From Camelus dromedarius (lineage: Eukaryota), in assembly GCF_036321535.1 (NCBI RefSeq), contig NC_087438.1:808001-872000 (forward strand): DNA of 64,000 bases. The letters are read 5' to 3'. The notes under the pieces are model-generated. The model ran no database searches, had not been told where the DNA came from, and saw only the letters and a program-made list of their open reading frames with translations. Of this stretch, positions 37,316 through 50,440 are shown piece by piece; within the stretch, counting starts at the first letter, position 1, and the number at the start of each line of letters is the position of its first letter. Position numbers and translations under genes: made by a program.

Positions 37316-40300
37316 CTGCAAGAGAGGAGGGTGCCCCCGTTAGCTGCCCTGCACGCAGCTGCCCCCACTGTCCCCTCGGCCCTCGGGGCAGCAGAGCCAG
37401 GAGGACCTCCCGGGGATGGAAGGGGTCACACACCCAGGCCCCGATTCCCGCGACCCTCCACGCGGTCTCTCCGGACTCAGCTTTGATGGCAGAATTCCCT
37501 GTGGCCGTGACGTCTGCCAACCTAAGTGTCCCCCCCCTTGCTCCGGGACCCTCTCGGCATCCACGAGCAGTTTGTTCACGAGAATGGGTGCATTTTAAAA
37601 AGGAAGCGCCTCCTCCTGTGGGACCTGAGTTATTTATCTGCATCATGAACAACACTTTTGCTGAGGTTTCCTTGTGTTAATTTTGTAGCCTCCATAAAAC
37701 TTAATTTAGTTAAACATTAAAAGAAAAATTGATAATACCGGTCGTGTCTAGAGTAGAAGTGAAGTCATGAAAAGAACCAGTTTCCCAAGAATGGGAACCA
37801 CCCGGCGGCTGAGACGCGGAGGGGCAGCCGAGACGTGGGCGGCCTTGCACAGTGCAGCCCCTGGGTTTAAAGGGCTGGGGGGGGGGGCTGTGAGGGGGCG
37901 GCTATCAACGCTTGACCTTGAGAAAGAACTAGAGGACCTGGCATCAGGAGGGAGGCTGCATTTAAAAGCAAGACTAACGTCCACAAATGCATGAAGACAC
38001 CGGGTGAGCAGTCTTCGGGTCTCGCGCTCCAGGCTCGAGCGCCCCCTGCCGCCCCTGCCCCTGCCAGCCTGGCAGGCGGATTCCGGACGCTCTGACCAAG
38101 CGAGTGCCGAGGGCCAGGAATGGAGGGAGGGCGCACTGTGGAGCACCTTCCTGCGGGTAAACCCACAAGGGCTGGACGGGAGGAACGTGCCGAGACACCA
38201 GCAAAGACCTCGCTTCCAAACCCCCTCCAGGTCAGAGGGTGCAGGCAGCTCCCCCCCAGCCAGGGGGCGTCTTGTCCTCCCTGAGCCGTCACACCCTCGA
38301 GTGACAAACAGGGGTGGCCACATGTCCTCGGGGAGCAGTGCCCCCCCACCAGAGTGGGGCCCTTCCATCTGTCCCCTCCTAGAAGGGACATCTGGGCCAG
38401 TCTGAGCAGAACCTGGAAGGAGGAGACAGGACAGGACAGCGGAGCTGCAGGTAGGGTGATGTGGTTCCAGGACCCAGACCCTCAGCCCAGCCTCCTCCCT
38501 TAGCCTGTGGCATGAGCATACCCACCCCCCCGCCACCAGCAGGAGTTTTAACAGGAGTCACTGGGTGGCCAGGGCTCTGGACACCACAGTGTGTGGAAGG
38601 GCGATGCTGAGCGTCCATATGCAGCACCGAACAAAAGGCCTCACAGCTGACCCCAAACTTCAGTTCCTCGGACCTGGGGTGCCCCAGCCTCGTGGCTAGT
38701 GCGGTGCCACATGGTTTCCGCCCACTGGCCTGCGTCTGGTGCTATAAGCGTGACGCCGCCCACAGGGGTGCTTAATTCAGCTCAACACATCTTTGCCGCA
38801 GGAGGGGCCACTGCTGTCAGGGCGGGCACTGCCCTGAAGTCAGAGGGAGTCAGAGCTCAGCCGTTCTGCAGACCTTGTCAGAGTCCCTGACAAGCGGCTT
38901 TTCCCTGAGATTAGACAGCACATCCACGACGGGAAACTCGCCAAGCACCCCCAGCCCAAGGACTGGCTGGGCCGTCCCACATTCTGGCGGTGCAGCCGGC
39001 CCTCGGCACCTGAGGGACCCACACCCCCGCCCCCACCAGTTTACACACGGGACGTGGCATCTGGGGGTCCTGGAGCCGCCGGCAGGTCCCGGGGGACAGG
39101 GATGCCAGCAGCTCCTTGTCGCCGCGGCAGCGCCGCATACGGCCTGGTAACGAGGAAGCAGAGACTTCGAAGGCTTCCTTCCGTGGCTGCTAAGACGCCC
39201 CTGGAGCACTTAGGCCTGGTCGAGTGGGGACAGAAGGCAGAGCCTCACAGGGAGCTCTCTGAGTATCCCACAGGAGAGGGATGACGCCGGGGCCCGCCCA
39301 GATGTGGGCCCTTCTCAGGCACATTTTTGGGTGGGGCTGAGGGCCAGGGACGCGGCAGCCCACCCCCATGTTTCCAGAGTCCTGCTGCGCTGTGAGGCAG
39401 GGTGCACCTGGCGGGCCATCTGCCCTTCTCCACTGAACACGATGCATCTCCATTAACAGAGTATGGGGCGTCGTAAGAGTTTCTTTAGAATACATATTTT
39501 AAAATATTTAATAGTTAATTTATTTGAGCATAAACTAAAAAAAAAATTACATCTAACTTGTCGGGCCTGTGATTCTGTGATATGGTTTCCTTATCAAGAG
39601 GCTCATCGGGAGTGACCCCGAGCACCCTGTCTCCCCAGGGGCAAGTGCATCCTGAGTTCTGGCTGCTCTGCATCCCTGTGTGTGGTTCAGGGAAGGGCGA
39701 TGGACTCCCCAGGGGCGGGAGCCCAAGGAGGGGGCAGGTTCCCCTGGACACCTGGTGCCTAACACTCTGCGGGGCGCGTGGGCAGACTGAGTTCCTTGCT
39801 GAGTTTGATTCACGTGTGTTGAGGTGAATGCGTGATTTTGCTCAGCGCAGGCCCACGGGATGTGCTGAAAAGGGGATGGTGCGTATGAGGAGGTGGGGCT
39901 TCCTTTAGAACCTGTCACACCAGGGCAGTGGCAGCACCCCAACCCCCTGTAGCTGCGTGCTCCCCACGGGGAACACGGTCTAAGTGCCCCTCCCAGCACC
40001 ACGGTGGCCAAACGCAGAGGCAGCCCCCGCCTGGGAGACGAGAGGAGGAGAAAGGGCAGACGTGGAGGGACGGAGGCGGTCGGGGGTGTGGGCCAAGGCT
40101 GCCGCAATCTGAAACAAGCCAGGAGCTGTGTGAACAGACACTGAGGATGTTGCAACCGCATGCGTGCTGTCGTGGAAGTGATGGGAGGCATGTTACGAGA
40201 TCAGGTGCACACAGCTCGGATCAGATGCCACACCCAGCTGGGCAGGATGGAATCAGAGCCTTAATGGCATTACACAGACAGACAGCAGAGTCCAGGGTGC

Positions 40301-40724
40301 TCCACCCCAGACCCTCCAGTCTGCGCAGGCCGGTGCTCTGACCGTGGCCCTGCTGCCCAAGATTGGGGATGCACACGGACGCAGCCCCTAGGGAGACCAA
40401 TGACCAACGGGGATGGGTGCAATTTGTAGGATTCAGTGGCAATTAACCACCTTCCAAATGTTGGACAAACAGAAATGTCCTTCAACAAAAGCAGGAGACA
40501 AAGTGTGCAGCCAAGCACACTCTGGCCTTTACTCGGCCCAGGCTGGTCCGAACACATCTTCCCGATGCTGCTGGTTGTTTTTACAGCAATGAGATGACAG
40601 TGGAGGAGGAAAGCTGCGGGCGGCTGGGCATGAACACTGAGTAATGAACACTTAGGGAGGCCAAGGGCATCGGGGCATCCCGTGGACACCGCCAGCCAGC
40701 CGCGGGGGCTGGCCGTGTACTCAC

Positions 40725-40807
40725 TCTGCCATCACGCGCCGCACGTTGCTGGCATACAGAGCGGGGTCCTTCCTCTCCTCCTCCGAGGGGCTGTACACGG
40801 GCAGGAA
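40725..40807 (-). CDS. LPCAT1: LPCAT1 exon 9 (83 nt)
   Basis: FLPVYSPSEEERKDPALYASNVRRVMA(E). Acceptor tatgctcag, donor GA|gtgagt. Confidence 0.96.
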
Positions 40808-42214
40808 CTGAGCATACAGAGGAGCGGCATTACCTGCATGAGCACCATGAGCACCGCCCCACCGTCGCCCCGCAAGTGACGATCACGAGGCCGACAAGTT
40901 ACGATCTGTCGGCACCTGCCCCTAGAATCACCTTCAAAGCTGCCACTTCCCCTGACACAGAAGCCAGCGCAGCGTATCATAACTTTGCACACAGGCTTAG
41001 TCTTTGGATGCTGAAGAATCACACACGTGCTTCCGTTTCTAAGGGTCTCAGTTTTATGTTGTGGATAACAGCAAATTATTTCTAAATAAATGACTGTTCA
41101 TAGCTTGTTGACATCTACCGCATTTGGAGAGCACAATGAGTCGCCTTGGGAGCATGTGCTGCATAACTGACGCGTATGCAGTGTGTTACACGAGTGAGTC
41201 CTACACTCCGTGCAGAAAAGGCAAAGGCCACCACCAAGCCCCTTTCCTTTAACGCAGACATTCACGAGCGCAGACCTTCCCGACCTCCCACCCGTTCTCG
41301 TCGTGTAGTTACGGCCTTCCATGCACGGCTACATTTTTAGAACTATGTCAACTGCATCTGATAAGAGTGACACAGGAAAGAATTCAGAGGGATTTACAAA
41401 GCCATACAGTTTCTTTTCAACCCTTAAAATTAGACACCAGGTCTGACACAGAGCGTCTTCCTCCCCGCCGCTGCCTCCCAGCCGCCAGCCAACAAGTCAC
41501 ATAAGAACACCCCACGTGGTGGGCCTGCCGCCCTTGGACTCGGGCCACGGCCCTTTTGGCTCAGTCTTTTATAACTAAGTGGCTTATGTTCTACTGAAAT
41601 GAAAAGCCTGGCTGAGAGCTGGGCCTGTTGATGACGTGAGTGTTAGTCTGGGGTACTTACTGGAAGGCAGCAATCAAACGCTTTAAGTTGTGTAAAACTC
41701 ATCTTTCACTGTCAGGTGTAGGAGGAGCAAGTTAGTTCCCCTTTTAAGAAACTAAACGATTCCTTATCTACTCAGCGAAATTCACAGGCCGTGTGAATGG
41801 GACCACACTCATCTGAGCAGGGAGCAGGGAGCAGGGGTGTCGTGACTTTGGAGATGGGCTGAAAACCGGGAGGCAGGCTACCTGGTCTGATCGAGTGTTA
41901 AACAGAGGATGGAGGAATGATAAATTCAGCAGTATGATTTCAGCAGTGCTACGATCGGGGGGAGGTACAGGCCAAAAGAATCCTTAGCTGCATGTGTGTC
42001 AATTTCACATGCCCTTAAGCTATGCTAACCATGATAAAAGAATGAAGGTTTAGCTTCCTGTTGATTTAAAAATCCTATCTGGATGGATAAAAAGTCACGC
42101 AAGAGACATGAAGTGATTGATGCAAAACCACTGGGAAGCACCTCTAAGGAGCCATGAGAAATGGAAAGGGTTCAAAGCAAGAGAGAGGACACAACATGGT
42201 GCCTGGGCAGAGAC

Positions 42215-42395
42215 CAACACAGCACTGTGTACCATTACATCCACGGGAACACCTGTGACACTGCATCTGCACAGACACCAGCATAACACTGTGCAACATT
42301 GTATCTACAGAGATGAATAGAACATTGTAACTATACAAATGACATTGTATCCACAGGTGTGTTCCAGAGTAACCTTGTGTAACACTGTATCTTTA
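42215..42395. repeat. Degenerate tandem repeat (ACACTGTATCTACA-like) next to the LPCAT1 exon-8 donor
   Basis: gacactgcatctgcaca, aacattgtatctacaga, gacattgtatccacagg, aacactgtatctttaca. Confidence 0.55.
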
Positions 42396-42400
42396 CAAAC

Positions 42401-42455
42401 CTCAATTTCCACTTGATTGTGAAACTGACACAGCGTGAGCCACAGGATTTTCAAC
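42401..42455 (-). CDS. LPCAT1: LPCAT1 exon 8 (55 nt)
   Basis: (A)LKILWLTLCQFHNQVEIE. Acceptor gtttttaag, donor GAG|gtttgt. Confidence 0.95.
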
Positions 42456-42787
42456 CTTAAAAACAAACAGATTTACACCACTGGTTAAAAGATTCTCAGT
42501 TCCTTGTAGTCAAATTACTCTCAGCTTGGGAGCAGAATCTGCAGACCCCATTCCCCTGCAGAGGGCACTACTGAGCAGGCAATGCTCCTTCAGAGGGGGA
42601 GGCTGAGCCTTCCTCAGCCTAAATCTGAACCTCAAAACACGGTAATGAGCTGAGCTGAGCAGCAAAGCCACTTCTGTTAAACAGCCTGACTGATCTTATT
42701 AAATACACTTGCACCTGCTTGAGTGAGCCCTGCAAGCCCCCCGCTTGGCCCCCAGCTCAGGAACCCTCATCCACCTGACACTCGTCC

Positions 42788-43862
42788 TTCCCTGGCTGTC
42801 CTCCCCCCAGCTGACCCCCTCCCTCCCTGGCTGTCCACTCTCCCTGGCTGTCCTCCTCCCTCCCTGGCTGTCCTCCTCCCTCCCTGGCTGTCCCCCTCCC
42901 TCCCTGGCTGTCCACCCTCCCTGGCTGTCCACTCTCCCTGGCTGTCCTCCTCCCTCCCTGGCTGTCCCCCTCCCTCCCTGGCTGTCCACTCTCCCTGGCT
43001 GTCCTCCTCCCTCCCTGGCTGTCCCCATCCCTCCCTGGCTGTCCGCCCCTCCCTGGCTGTCCCCTCCTCCCTGGCTGTTCCCCCTCCCTCCCTGGCTGTC
43101 CACCCTCCCTGGCTGTCCACTCTCCCTGGCTGTCCTCCTCTCTCCCTGGCTGTCCCCCTCCCTCCCTGGCTGTCCGCCCCTCCCTGGCTGTCCCCCCTCC
43201 CTCCCTGGCTGTCCCCCCTCCCTGGCTGTCCCCCCTCCCTCCCTGGCTGTCCCCCCTCCCTGGCTGTCCCCCTCCCTCCCTGGCTGTCCGCCCCTCCCTG
43301 GCTGCCCCCCCCTCCCTGGCTGTTCCCCCTCCCTCCCTGGCTGTCCACCCTCCCTGGCTGTCCACTCTCCCTGGCTGTCCTCCTCTCTCCCTGGCTGTCC
43401 CCCTCCCTCCCTGGCTGTCCGCCCCTCCCTGGCTGTCCCCCCTCCCTCCCTGGCTGTCCCCCCTCCCTGGCTGTTCCCCCTCCCTCCCTGGCTGTCCCCT
43501 GTCCCTCCCTGGCTGTCCCCCCTCCCTGGCTGTCCACCCTCCCTGGCTGTCCACTCTCCCTGGCTGTCCCCCTCCCTCCCTGGCTGTCCGCCCCTCCCTG
43601 GCTGTCCCCCCTCCCTCCCTGGCTGTCCGCCCCTCCCTGGCTGTCCCCCCCTCCCTGGCTGTCCCCCTCCCTCCCTGGCTGTCCGCCCCTCCCTGGCTGT
43701 CCCCCCTCCCTGGCTGTCCACTCTCCCTGGCTGTCCCCCTCCCTCCCTGGCTGTCCGCCCCTCCCTGGCTGTCCCCCCTCCCTCCCTGGCTGTCCCCCCT
43801 CCCTGGCTGTCCCCTTCCCTGGCTGTCCCCACCAGCTGCCTCCCCTCCCTGGCTGTCCCCAG
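42788..43862. repeat. Large minisatellite, about 56 copies of a 17-21 bp unit (core CTCCCTGGCTGTCC), in LPCAT1 intron 7
   Basis: Hand count of TGGCTG cores is about 56, with variable pyrimidine linkers. Confidence 0.97.
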
Positions 43863-44424
43863 GCAGCCCCAGTGCAGACCACACAGGCCCTACAATGTAC
43901 TTGTCACTTCCAGCCCCAAGCCCAGGCCACCAGGACGCGAAGGGCCTCCTCCCTAGGCCTTCTCCCAGTCCCCACTCTCTCCTCATCACCCTCCCTCCAC
44001 CTCCTGCCTCCGTGGCAGCACCACTGCCTCTTGAACGTCAGCTCCCACGCTGGCACCTGGACCCCTGTGTGCCTCTTGCAGCCACGCAAGAGGTGGGTCC
44101 TGGGTTCCCCTGTCTTCTCTGGGGTCGAAACGTGATGGTGATCACTGAGCTGACAGACAGGCGGGAAGAGACGTGCTCAGTTACCTTCCCGCCAGGGCTG
44201 AAGACAATTAAGTTAAGTCCCGGAATCCAGGAGTGTGAGAAAGGCCAGCCTCGTGCTGCAACAGCTGAATTAGCCTCAGGGGCTGAACCGAGCTGCGGTC
44301 CAGCAGCAGCGGGCCACGTGCTCCGCGTCCACGCTTGCTGCAGCGATCAGCACGGCAGTCACTCGAGCGGGCCTGCGCTTTCCCGCAGGATGGGACAAAC
44401 AAGACAGCACGGGGTCTGACTTAC

Positions 44425-44459
44425 GCTCCGGGTCCTTGCCACGTCCACGTGATGGTGTC
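44425..44459 (-). CDS. LPCAT1: LPCAT1 exon 7 (35 nt)
   Basis: DTITWTWQGPG(A). Acceptor ttgcccccag, donor GC|gtaagt. Confidence 0.95.
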
Positions 44460-46237
44460 CTGGGGGCAAGAAAGGTGCGGATGAATCTGGACTGGGAACC
44501 CCGCATGTGCTGCATCCCTCCTCCTCCTGTGGGCAAGCCCGCCTCGCCCCGCCCTCCACTCAGCCCACCTCGGACCCCAGAGATGCTGGTCTCCCTCATC
44601 GCTCACGTCCACTCTGGGGCAGGACAGAAGGCGCGTCTCACCGCCCCCGGGTCCCCCCAGACACGCTCACCTCTCTTCCCACAGCTGCACGGTCACCAGT
44701 TCCAGCGTCCACCTAAGACCCAGTCCCGCCCCTCTTCCCACTGTCGCCCTCCTCCCGGTACGTGTGGCACCTGCAGGCTACGGCACGGGCGCCCGCTTTG
44801 TGTGCCTGACTCTCAGACATGCTCTGCAGGCCTTGCCCTGCCTGTCACCACCCCCCCAGCTTCACGATGCTGTTGGCAGCCTCCTTCCAACTCCACACCC
44901 ACCTGTGCCCCCAAAGGTCCCCCTGCCCAGACTCTCGGTCAGAGACACTGGCAGGTCAGCCCCGGGCTCAGGAGGGAGCGGAACAGAGCACTGCTGGGCC
45001 ACATCTCCCCCACCCCGTGTGTGTCCAGGGCCCCGTGGGGGCATTTCCGCAGCTCTCTATCTTCAGCCTCAGCCCTGTACCAGCCACCCAGGTGAGGACG
45101 GGGGTGACACATGTTCTAATTCTCCCCTGACACCGGTCACATCACCAGCCTGGGCTTCCTTCTCCTGTAGGCCTGACACCACCTGGACCCCTCCCATGGC
45201 CCCTGGCAACCCCACTGCCATGGGGCCTCCCGCGGTCCCCGGCCAGCTCCCCCCGCCCACTGTGCAGGTCTGGGCTCGAACCCCAAGCAGCGAAAGAACA
45301 TACGACACAGACTGTGAGCACAAGGCAGACATCCTGCTTGGGCACAACCGAGCCGAACGCTCCAGAAGACCCAGTGCCGTGCTTCAAATAAGTCAAAACT
45401 TAAAGGGGGAAATCTAGAATTCCACACACTGATGGCAGAGTCTCCTTCTCAGAAACTGGCTAACGAACGCCTCTTCAGAGTCACAAGAACAGTCACATCT
45501 GCTGGTTCTGACTGGCCTCCGTTTCCTGGCCGCTCTCCTGGGCCTGTCCACACCCACAGGAACAGGATCAGTGCGCAAACCTTGGACCCGACAGGCTTGG
45601 CTGGGAAACGGGTGGCCCGAAAGCCCCTCGTGAGCACAGATGTCACAGGAATCCTGCCATGTCTGCACCGGCAACTCCAGAGCCCCCGGGCCATGCCCCG
45701 CGTTTCTCTGGCACCGTCAGAAAGACACAGTGGACAGAGGAGGCTCATGAACGAATCCACCTTTCATCCTCTGCTGAGTGACATTCGGTGGACCTGCACC
45801 CAGGAGGGCCGGGGCACGAGCCCTGGACCCCTCAGCTCAGAGGGCCCCACGTCCACTGAGGTACCTGCTGGAGGGGGTCACAGATGCACAGGGGAGGCTC
45901 GTCCCGGCCCCCCGGCCCATGAGACCGGCAGGACCTCTGAGTCCCAACGGCTGCCCCAGGCCTCCGGCCTTCAGGACGTAAAGATTCTCAATTTCAAAAC
46001 ATCCTGGCATGTGAGCTGGGCAGTGAGAGCGGCTGAGGGCACGGGAGTCTCACACCAGCACGTCCGGATCGAGACCAGCCACCACTCCCTGACCCACAAG
46101 AGTGGGACTTTGTGAGCGAGTGCCGGGGGAGGTTCCGGAACACCGGGGTTGACGGAAACGCGGTGCGCTGGGACGCCGCGCAGTTCTCATCCCCCGGGAA
46201 TTTGCACGGACCCTTGTGCCCAGGAAAGCACACTTAC

Positions 46238-46296
46238 CAGTCTGTTTGGGTACCGCAGAACCACGGGCTGGACGGGGACGCCCGGGATGAATGCGC
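46238..46296 (-). CDS. LPCAT1: LPCAT1 exon 6 (59 nt; acyltransferase motif IV)
   Basis: (G)AFIPGVPVQPVVLRYPNRL. Acceptor ttcccccgcag, donor CTG|gtaagt. Confidence 0.96.
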
Positions 46297-46548
46297 CTGC
46301 GGGGGAAGGGACACCATCTTACTTCTGGGCGGCAGGTCCTCCGCCCACCTTCGCGCGCGGGTCTCAGAACAGAACAGGCCTCTCCGCCAGGCCCTCCCAG
46401 TCGGTGGCCGGCGGTGCCCACGCGCCGTGCCTGCGTGGACACTCAGAAAGCCGGGGCGGCGGCACACAGGCACGGGGGCGCCTCCAGGCCGAGGCGTGCT
46501 GGCAGAGTGAGGGGCTCAGGGAGAACAGGAAATAAGAAAACTACGTAC

Positions 46549-46609
46549 CAGGTTTGAAGGTAATCAGGCAGGTCCTGTTGGTACAAGTGCCTTCTGGAAA
46601 AATCATTAT
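46549..46609 (-). CDS. LPCAT1: LPCAT1 exon 5 (61 nt; FPEGT motif III)
   Basis: IMIFPEGTCTNRTCLITFKP(G). Acceptor ccatttcaag, donor G|gtacgt. Confidence 0.97.
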
Positions 46610-47836
46610 CTTGAAATGGAATAAAAAGACCAGCGTTAGGGGCGGGTTCAGAGCTCACAGGGGCCGATGCTCACAGCGCCTCTCTGACCGTCCGACCACA
46701 CTCGGCTGAACAGGGCGGCGTGCCTGTGGAAGCGCTCACTGATCTCTCTGACGACTGGCTTTACTACCATCGGGAAGCAGCCCAGCTCGTGCCCCCGTAG
46801 ACGGCGGGGCTGGCAAACGGGCGGCGGTCCTGCCCACCGTGCGGCTGCTGCGAGGACTGGACACAGCTGCCCGGGGCAGGCACCCCACAAGCCCAAAGAG
46901 GGCAGGCGGGGAGCCCTGGCCGAGGATGGGGCCTCGGGCCGGGGCGCTGGGCCAGCAGCGCCAACGCCCACAGAACCAGCGGCTACGGCCGCCGTCCTCT
47001 CTGGGACTTCAGTTACTCTCTTGTGCTGACTTCCAGCGACGTAACTTAAGCGGAACCCTCCCCCGCGTGCTGGAAGGTCCAGCCGTGAGGCCGCATGCAC
47101 TCCTGGCCCTGGAGGAAAGACTGCCTCGCCCACAGAGCCAGCGTGGGCCCTACCAGGCCCGCCCGAGAGTCAGGCAGGTGAGCTGAGTGGAGGGCGTTCG
47201 ACCCGCACTCGGAGGGGCAGCCAGAGCACCTGGAAGCCGCGGCCCATCCACGGGTGTGGGCGCCCCCAGCCAGGCCGTCGATGTCCTCTGAGCAGCCAGA
47301 ACCCCACAGTTCTGTGGGATTTCCAGCTTCTCAGCGTCGGCTCAGCGGAAGACAAACAAGAACAAACCAGCTCGTGTCAAATGCGACCACGGGGAGTGTG
47401 AGCAGAGGCCCCGCCTCGCAGCCCAGCTCAGCCTCCCCGACGTCCCAGGGAGGCAGACGCGCCAGGCGAGCCCAGCGAGGGGTTCAGCAGTGCGTGGACA
47501 CACCCTGCAGATTCACTGACTATTCGGACACGAGACTGTGCAGGGAGGCAGGGTGGTCAGCTCTTTCCAACTCAGAATGGACAAAAAGATTCATTTTTAA
47601 TAAAGGTGATTTGGGAACTCGAGATGCCTGAGAACTGCTTTTCACTAGTTCTTTTGTTGTTAAAACTCCAGAACCCAAGCACCTCCTTGGATTTGCCACC
47701 TTGAAGGTAAAACGGAGCAAAACAAACCCCGCCTCCGGGAGGGCAGGCCTGCCCTCACACACCTCCTTTCTCCTCCAATCTCTAAGTTCCCGTTTTTAAG
47801 AATAAATCTGCTCAAAACGCGAGCAGGGCTGCGCAC

Positions 47837-47949
47837 CTGTGGCCACTTCCCACCGGACTGTGCCCGCCTCTTGATCTCTTCCACTGTCTTCCTGCGGGAA
47901 TCCTGGTCTGATCGGGACACGAACACGGGCCGGATGTACTTTATCAGAG
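47837..47949 (-). CDS. LPCAT1: LPCAT1 exon 4 (113 nt; motif II)
   Basis: (T)LIKYIRPVFVSRSDQDSRRKTVEEIKRRAQSGGKWPQ. Acceptor ctcttgcag, donor CAG|gtgcgc. Confidence 0.97.
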
Positions 47950-48277
47950 CTGCAAGAGAGGATGGGGCACTCGGGTGGGGCCAGCGGCCAACGGGGGCCG
48001 CCCACGGAGACCAGGGAGACATGAGGCTGCAGGTGCCCGACCACGAGGGAGTCGGGGAACCACCGAAGTCCCCTGGACTCAGACGACGCCAGGGAGCCTG
48101 ACAACCCTCGGGGCCAGGAGTGACAGCTCCACAGATGACGCATCAGGAGAAAGAGACAGACGAGGCTGACCCTCCAGGGAGCAGAGAGCCTTCGGTCACC
48201 TGTGTCACCGGGGAAGGCGAGAAAGGCCCAGAACCAGAAGGGCCTGGGGCGTGTGGCTTGGACCCCGCCAGCCCCAC

Positions 48278-48684
48278 TGTGGGTTGAGCTGTGTCCCTCA
48301 GAAAGACAGGCTGACGTCCTAGCCCAGGTGCCAGCTTCTGCAGATGTGGTCAAGTTAAGAGAAGGCTGTCCTGGACAGGGCTGGGCCTTCACCAGTGGCT
48401 GGTAACCCCAGAAGAAGGGAGAAGAGACGGACACCGAGGGAGAGCCCATGTGACAACGAAGGCAAAGACGAGAGATGCAGCCACAACCGGGGACGCCCGG
48501 AACAGCTAGGGGCCAGCAAAGGCTGGGGGGGGGGGGCCCGGGACGGATTCTCCCTGGGAACTGACCTGCCCACACCTCGATTTTGGGCTCCTGGCCCCAG
48601 GGCGGTGAGACAGTGTACATTTCTTTCTATGTTAAGCTGCCTGGGCTGCAGCATCTGTCACGGCGGCCCCGGGACACTCACACA
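48278..48684 (+). mobile_element. MaLR solo LTR (MLT1C-like) in LPCAT1 intron 3
   Basis: tgtgggttgagctgtgtccctca..tgcagatgtggtcaagttaaga..ccatgtgacaacgaaggca..ggattctccct..cacctcgattttggg..tgtcacggcggccccgggacactcacaca. Confidence 0.82.
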
Positions 48685-50254
48685 GGCCCTGTCCTAAGCG
48701 GGCGTGGCAGCCCAGGACCCCCTCGGCGAGGCTGGGGCGCCACCATTGAAGGTGGGAAGGCACTTCCGGGAAGTGAAGACTCTGACCCGAGGTGAGCGGG
48801 CCCCGCCCACCTGCCCCGCACCCGGCCCCGCCTCGCGGCGCCCAGGGCGGGCCTCGAGCTTCTTTCTGAGCACTTTTGCCACTGGTAAGGAGCAGTACTT
48901 CATGACTGATTTCTTGGAGGTCTTCCAAAAAGCAAAGAGAACACATTTTTTAAAAGAATAAAATTCCATGAAGCTGGCGCCACGGGACTCACAAAATCGA
49001 AGGCACATGGACCTGAGTGACGTTTTTTTCTTACGTCTTGAAATATTTCGCTTGTTCGCCGAATTGGAACTGCTTCACCTTTCCTTGCCAACTATTCCTG
49101 ACGCCGCTCAAAACGATGTGAGAAGGAAAGGGGGCTCGGGGGGAATAGCCCAGAGGGACAAGGGGACGGAGAAATAAGTGGCCGGCCGACCATCTCTCAG
49201 GCTTCTCACTGTCTGGCCCCGAGCACGGCGTCGCCTCCTGGAGGGCGGGGGGGAGGGGCCTGCAGACGTGGCCGGGGTGGGCTTTACTGGCCAGACCTGG
49301 AAGTCTCCCTTTTCTGTCTACATGGCAAAGACGGGAACACTGACGAAGAGGCTTTTTAAGCCTCTTGGATGAACTGGAAGCTGAAGGCAGAGAAGCAGAA
49401 GGGCTCTCTGGGCTCAGGCCGATGGGGAGCCCAGACTGTGCGTCTCGGGTGGCACCACACCGGTCCCCACCCTGGAGGACCGTGCGCTCTGAGGACAGAA
49501 AGCAAACGCAGCCTCTGTCCCGCGAGCCCCGAGCCACGTTTGCAGCAAGAGCTCGAACCCCCGTTTTACTAAAAGGAAGTGTGGCGGGCACTGCCATCAG
49601 GACCTGAGCACCAAACTCCAAGAGTTTGTAAATGCAGCGGGCTCTACAGAGAGAAACCGGATGACGGAAAAATGGAAGAAGTCACCGGCCTGATCACTCA
49701 ACTGGCCTTTATAAATCTAACTGTGAATGCATTTTGAATATTTTCAACAATCACCTCTTCACCAAAGCTGTGAGTTTTCAAAAGGTCCAAAAGTGTCATG
49801 CTTTATGGACAAGAGGGACGGCAATCACGATGGCTGGGCCACTGGGGGGCGCTCTGCACTCGGCTCAGGGTCAAGTCAGGGGTCAGGACAGCAGCGAGGC
49901 TCCCGGAGCCCTGCCTGCCTCCTGCCCAGACAGCCCCGCCCCTGAATCCACCCCGTCGTGCTCAGCGTGACACACTGGTCACCCGACTTGGCTCAGACTA
50001 ACAGGAAGAGGGGCTGGTGGGCGAGGACGTGGGCAGCACAGGCCGGGCCAGGCAGGGGGCCGGGGGAGACGGAGCCCCGGGGAGAAGAAGCGGCAACGGG
50101 TGGGCCGACCCACGAAGGGCAGCCGGAGCAGTGCTTTCTCGGCCAGAGCGCGGGGCGCGGGGCTTGGGAAGGCGTCTTCCCTGAAGAGAGAGGGGCACAT
50201 GGACGGCCGCAGTGCGGTGGACCCGGGGCGCCCAGAACCCGCGACGCGACCTCA

Positions 50255-50440
50255 GCTGGAAGAAAGGCTCTTTGCGGATGGACTTAGTGAGGGTCCGGAG
50301 AGGGTGTCACCCTGAATAATCCCACGTGTCTCTTTCACGGACACACACGGAGGAGAAGCCACGTGATGGTGAAGAGATGGAGAGGAGGCGGCCCCGAGCC
50401 CAAGACGCCTGGGGCCCCGGGAGCCTCTGACAGGAGCGCA
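50255..50440 (+). mobile_element. Partial MLT1-like LTR relic
   Basis: ctttgcggatggacttag..aatcccacgtgtctct..ggaggagaagccacgtgatggtgaag..gagcccaagacgcc. Confidence 0.5.

Noticed and set aside
42788..43862. Constant core plus variable linker superficially resembling a CRISPR array
   Set aside because: The linkers are 5-9 nt pyrimidine variants reused many times rather than unique spacers. There are no cas genes and the context is a mammalian intron.
42699..44135. Five long ORFs (371-470 aa) on both strands
   Set aside because: They are translations of the stop-free minisatellite in several frames, with no domain content.
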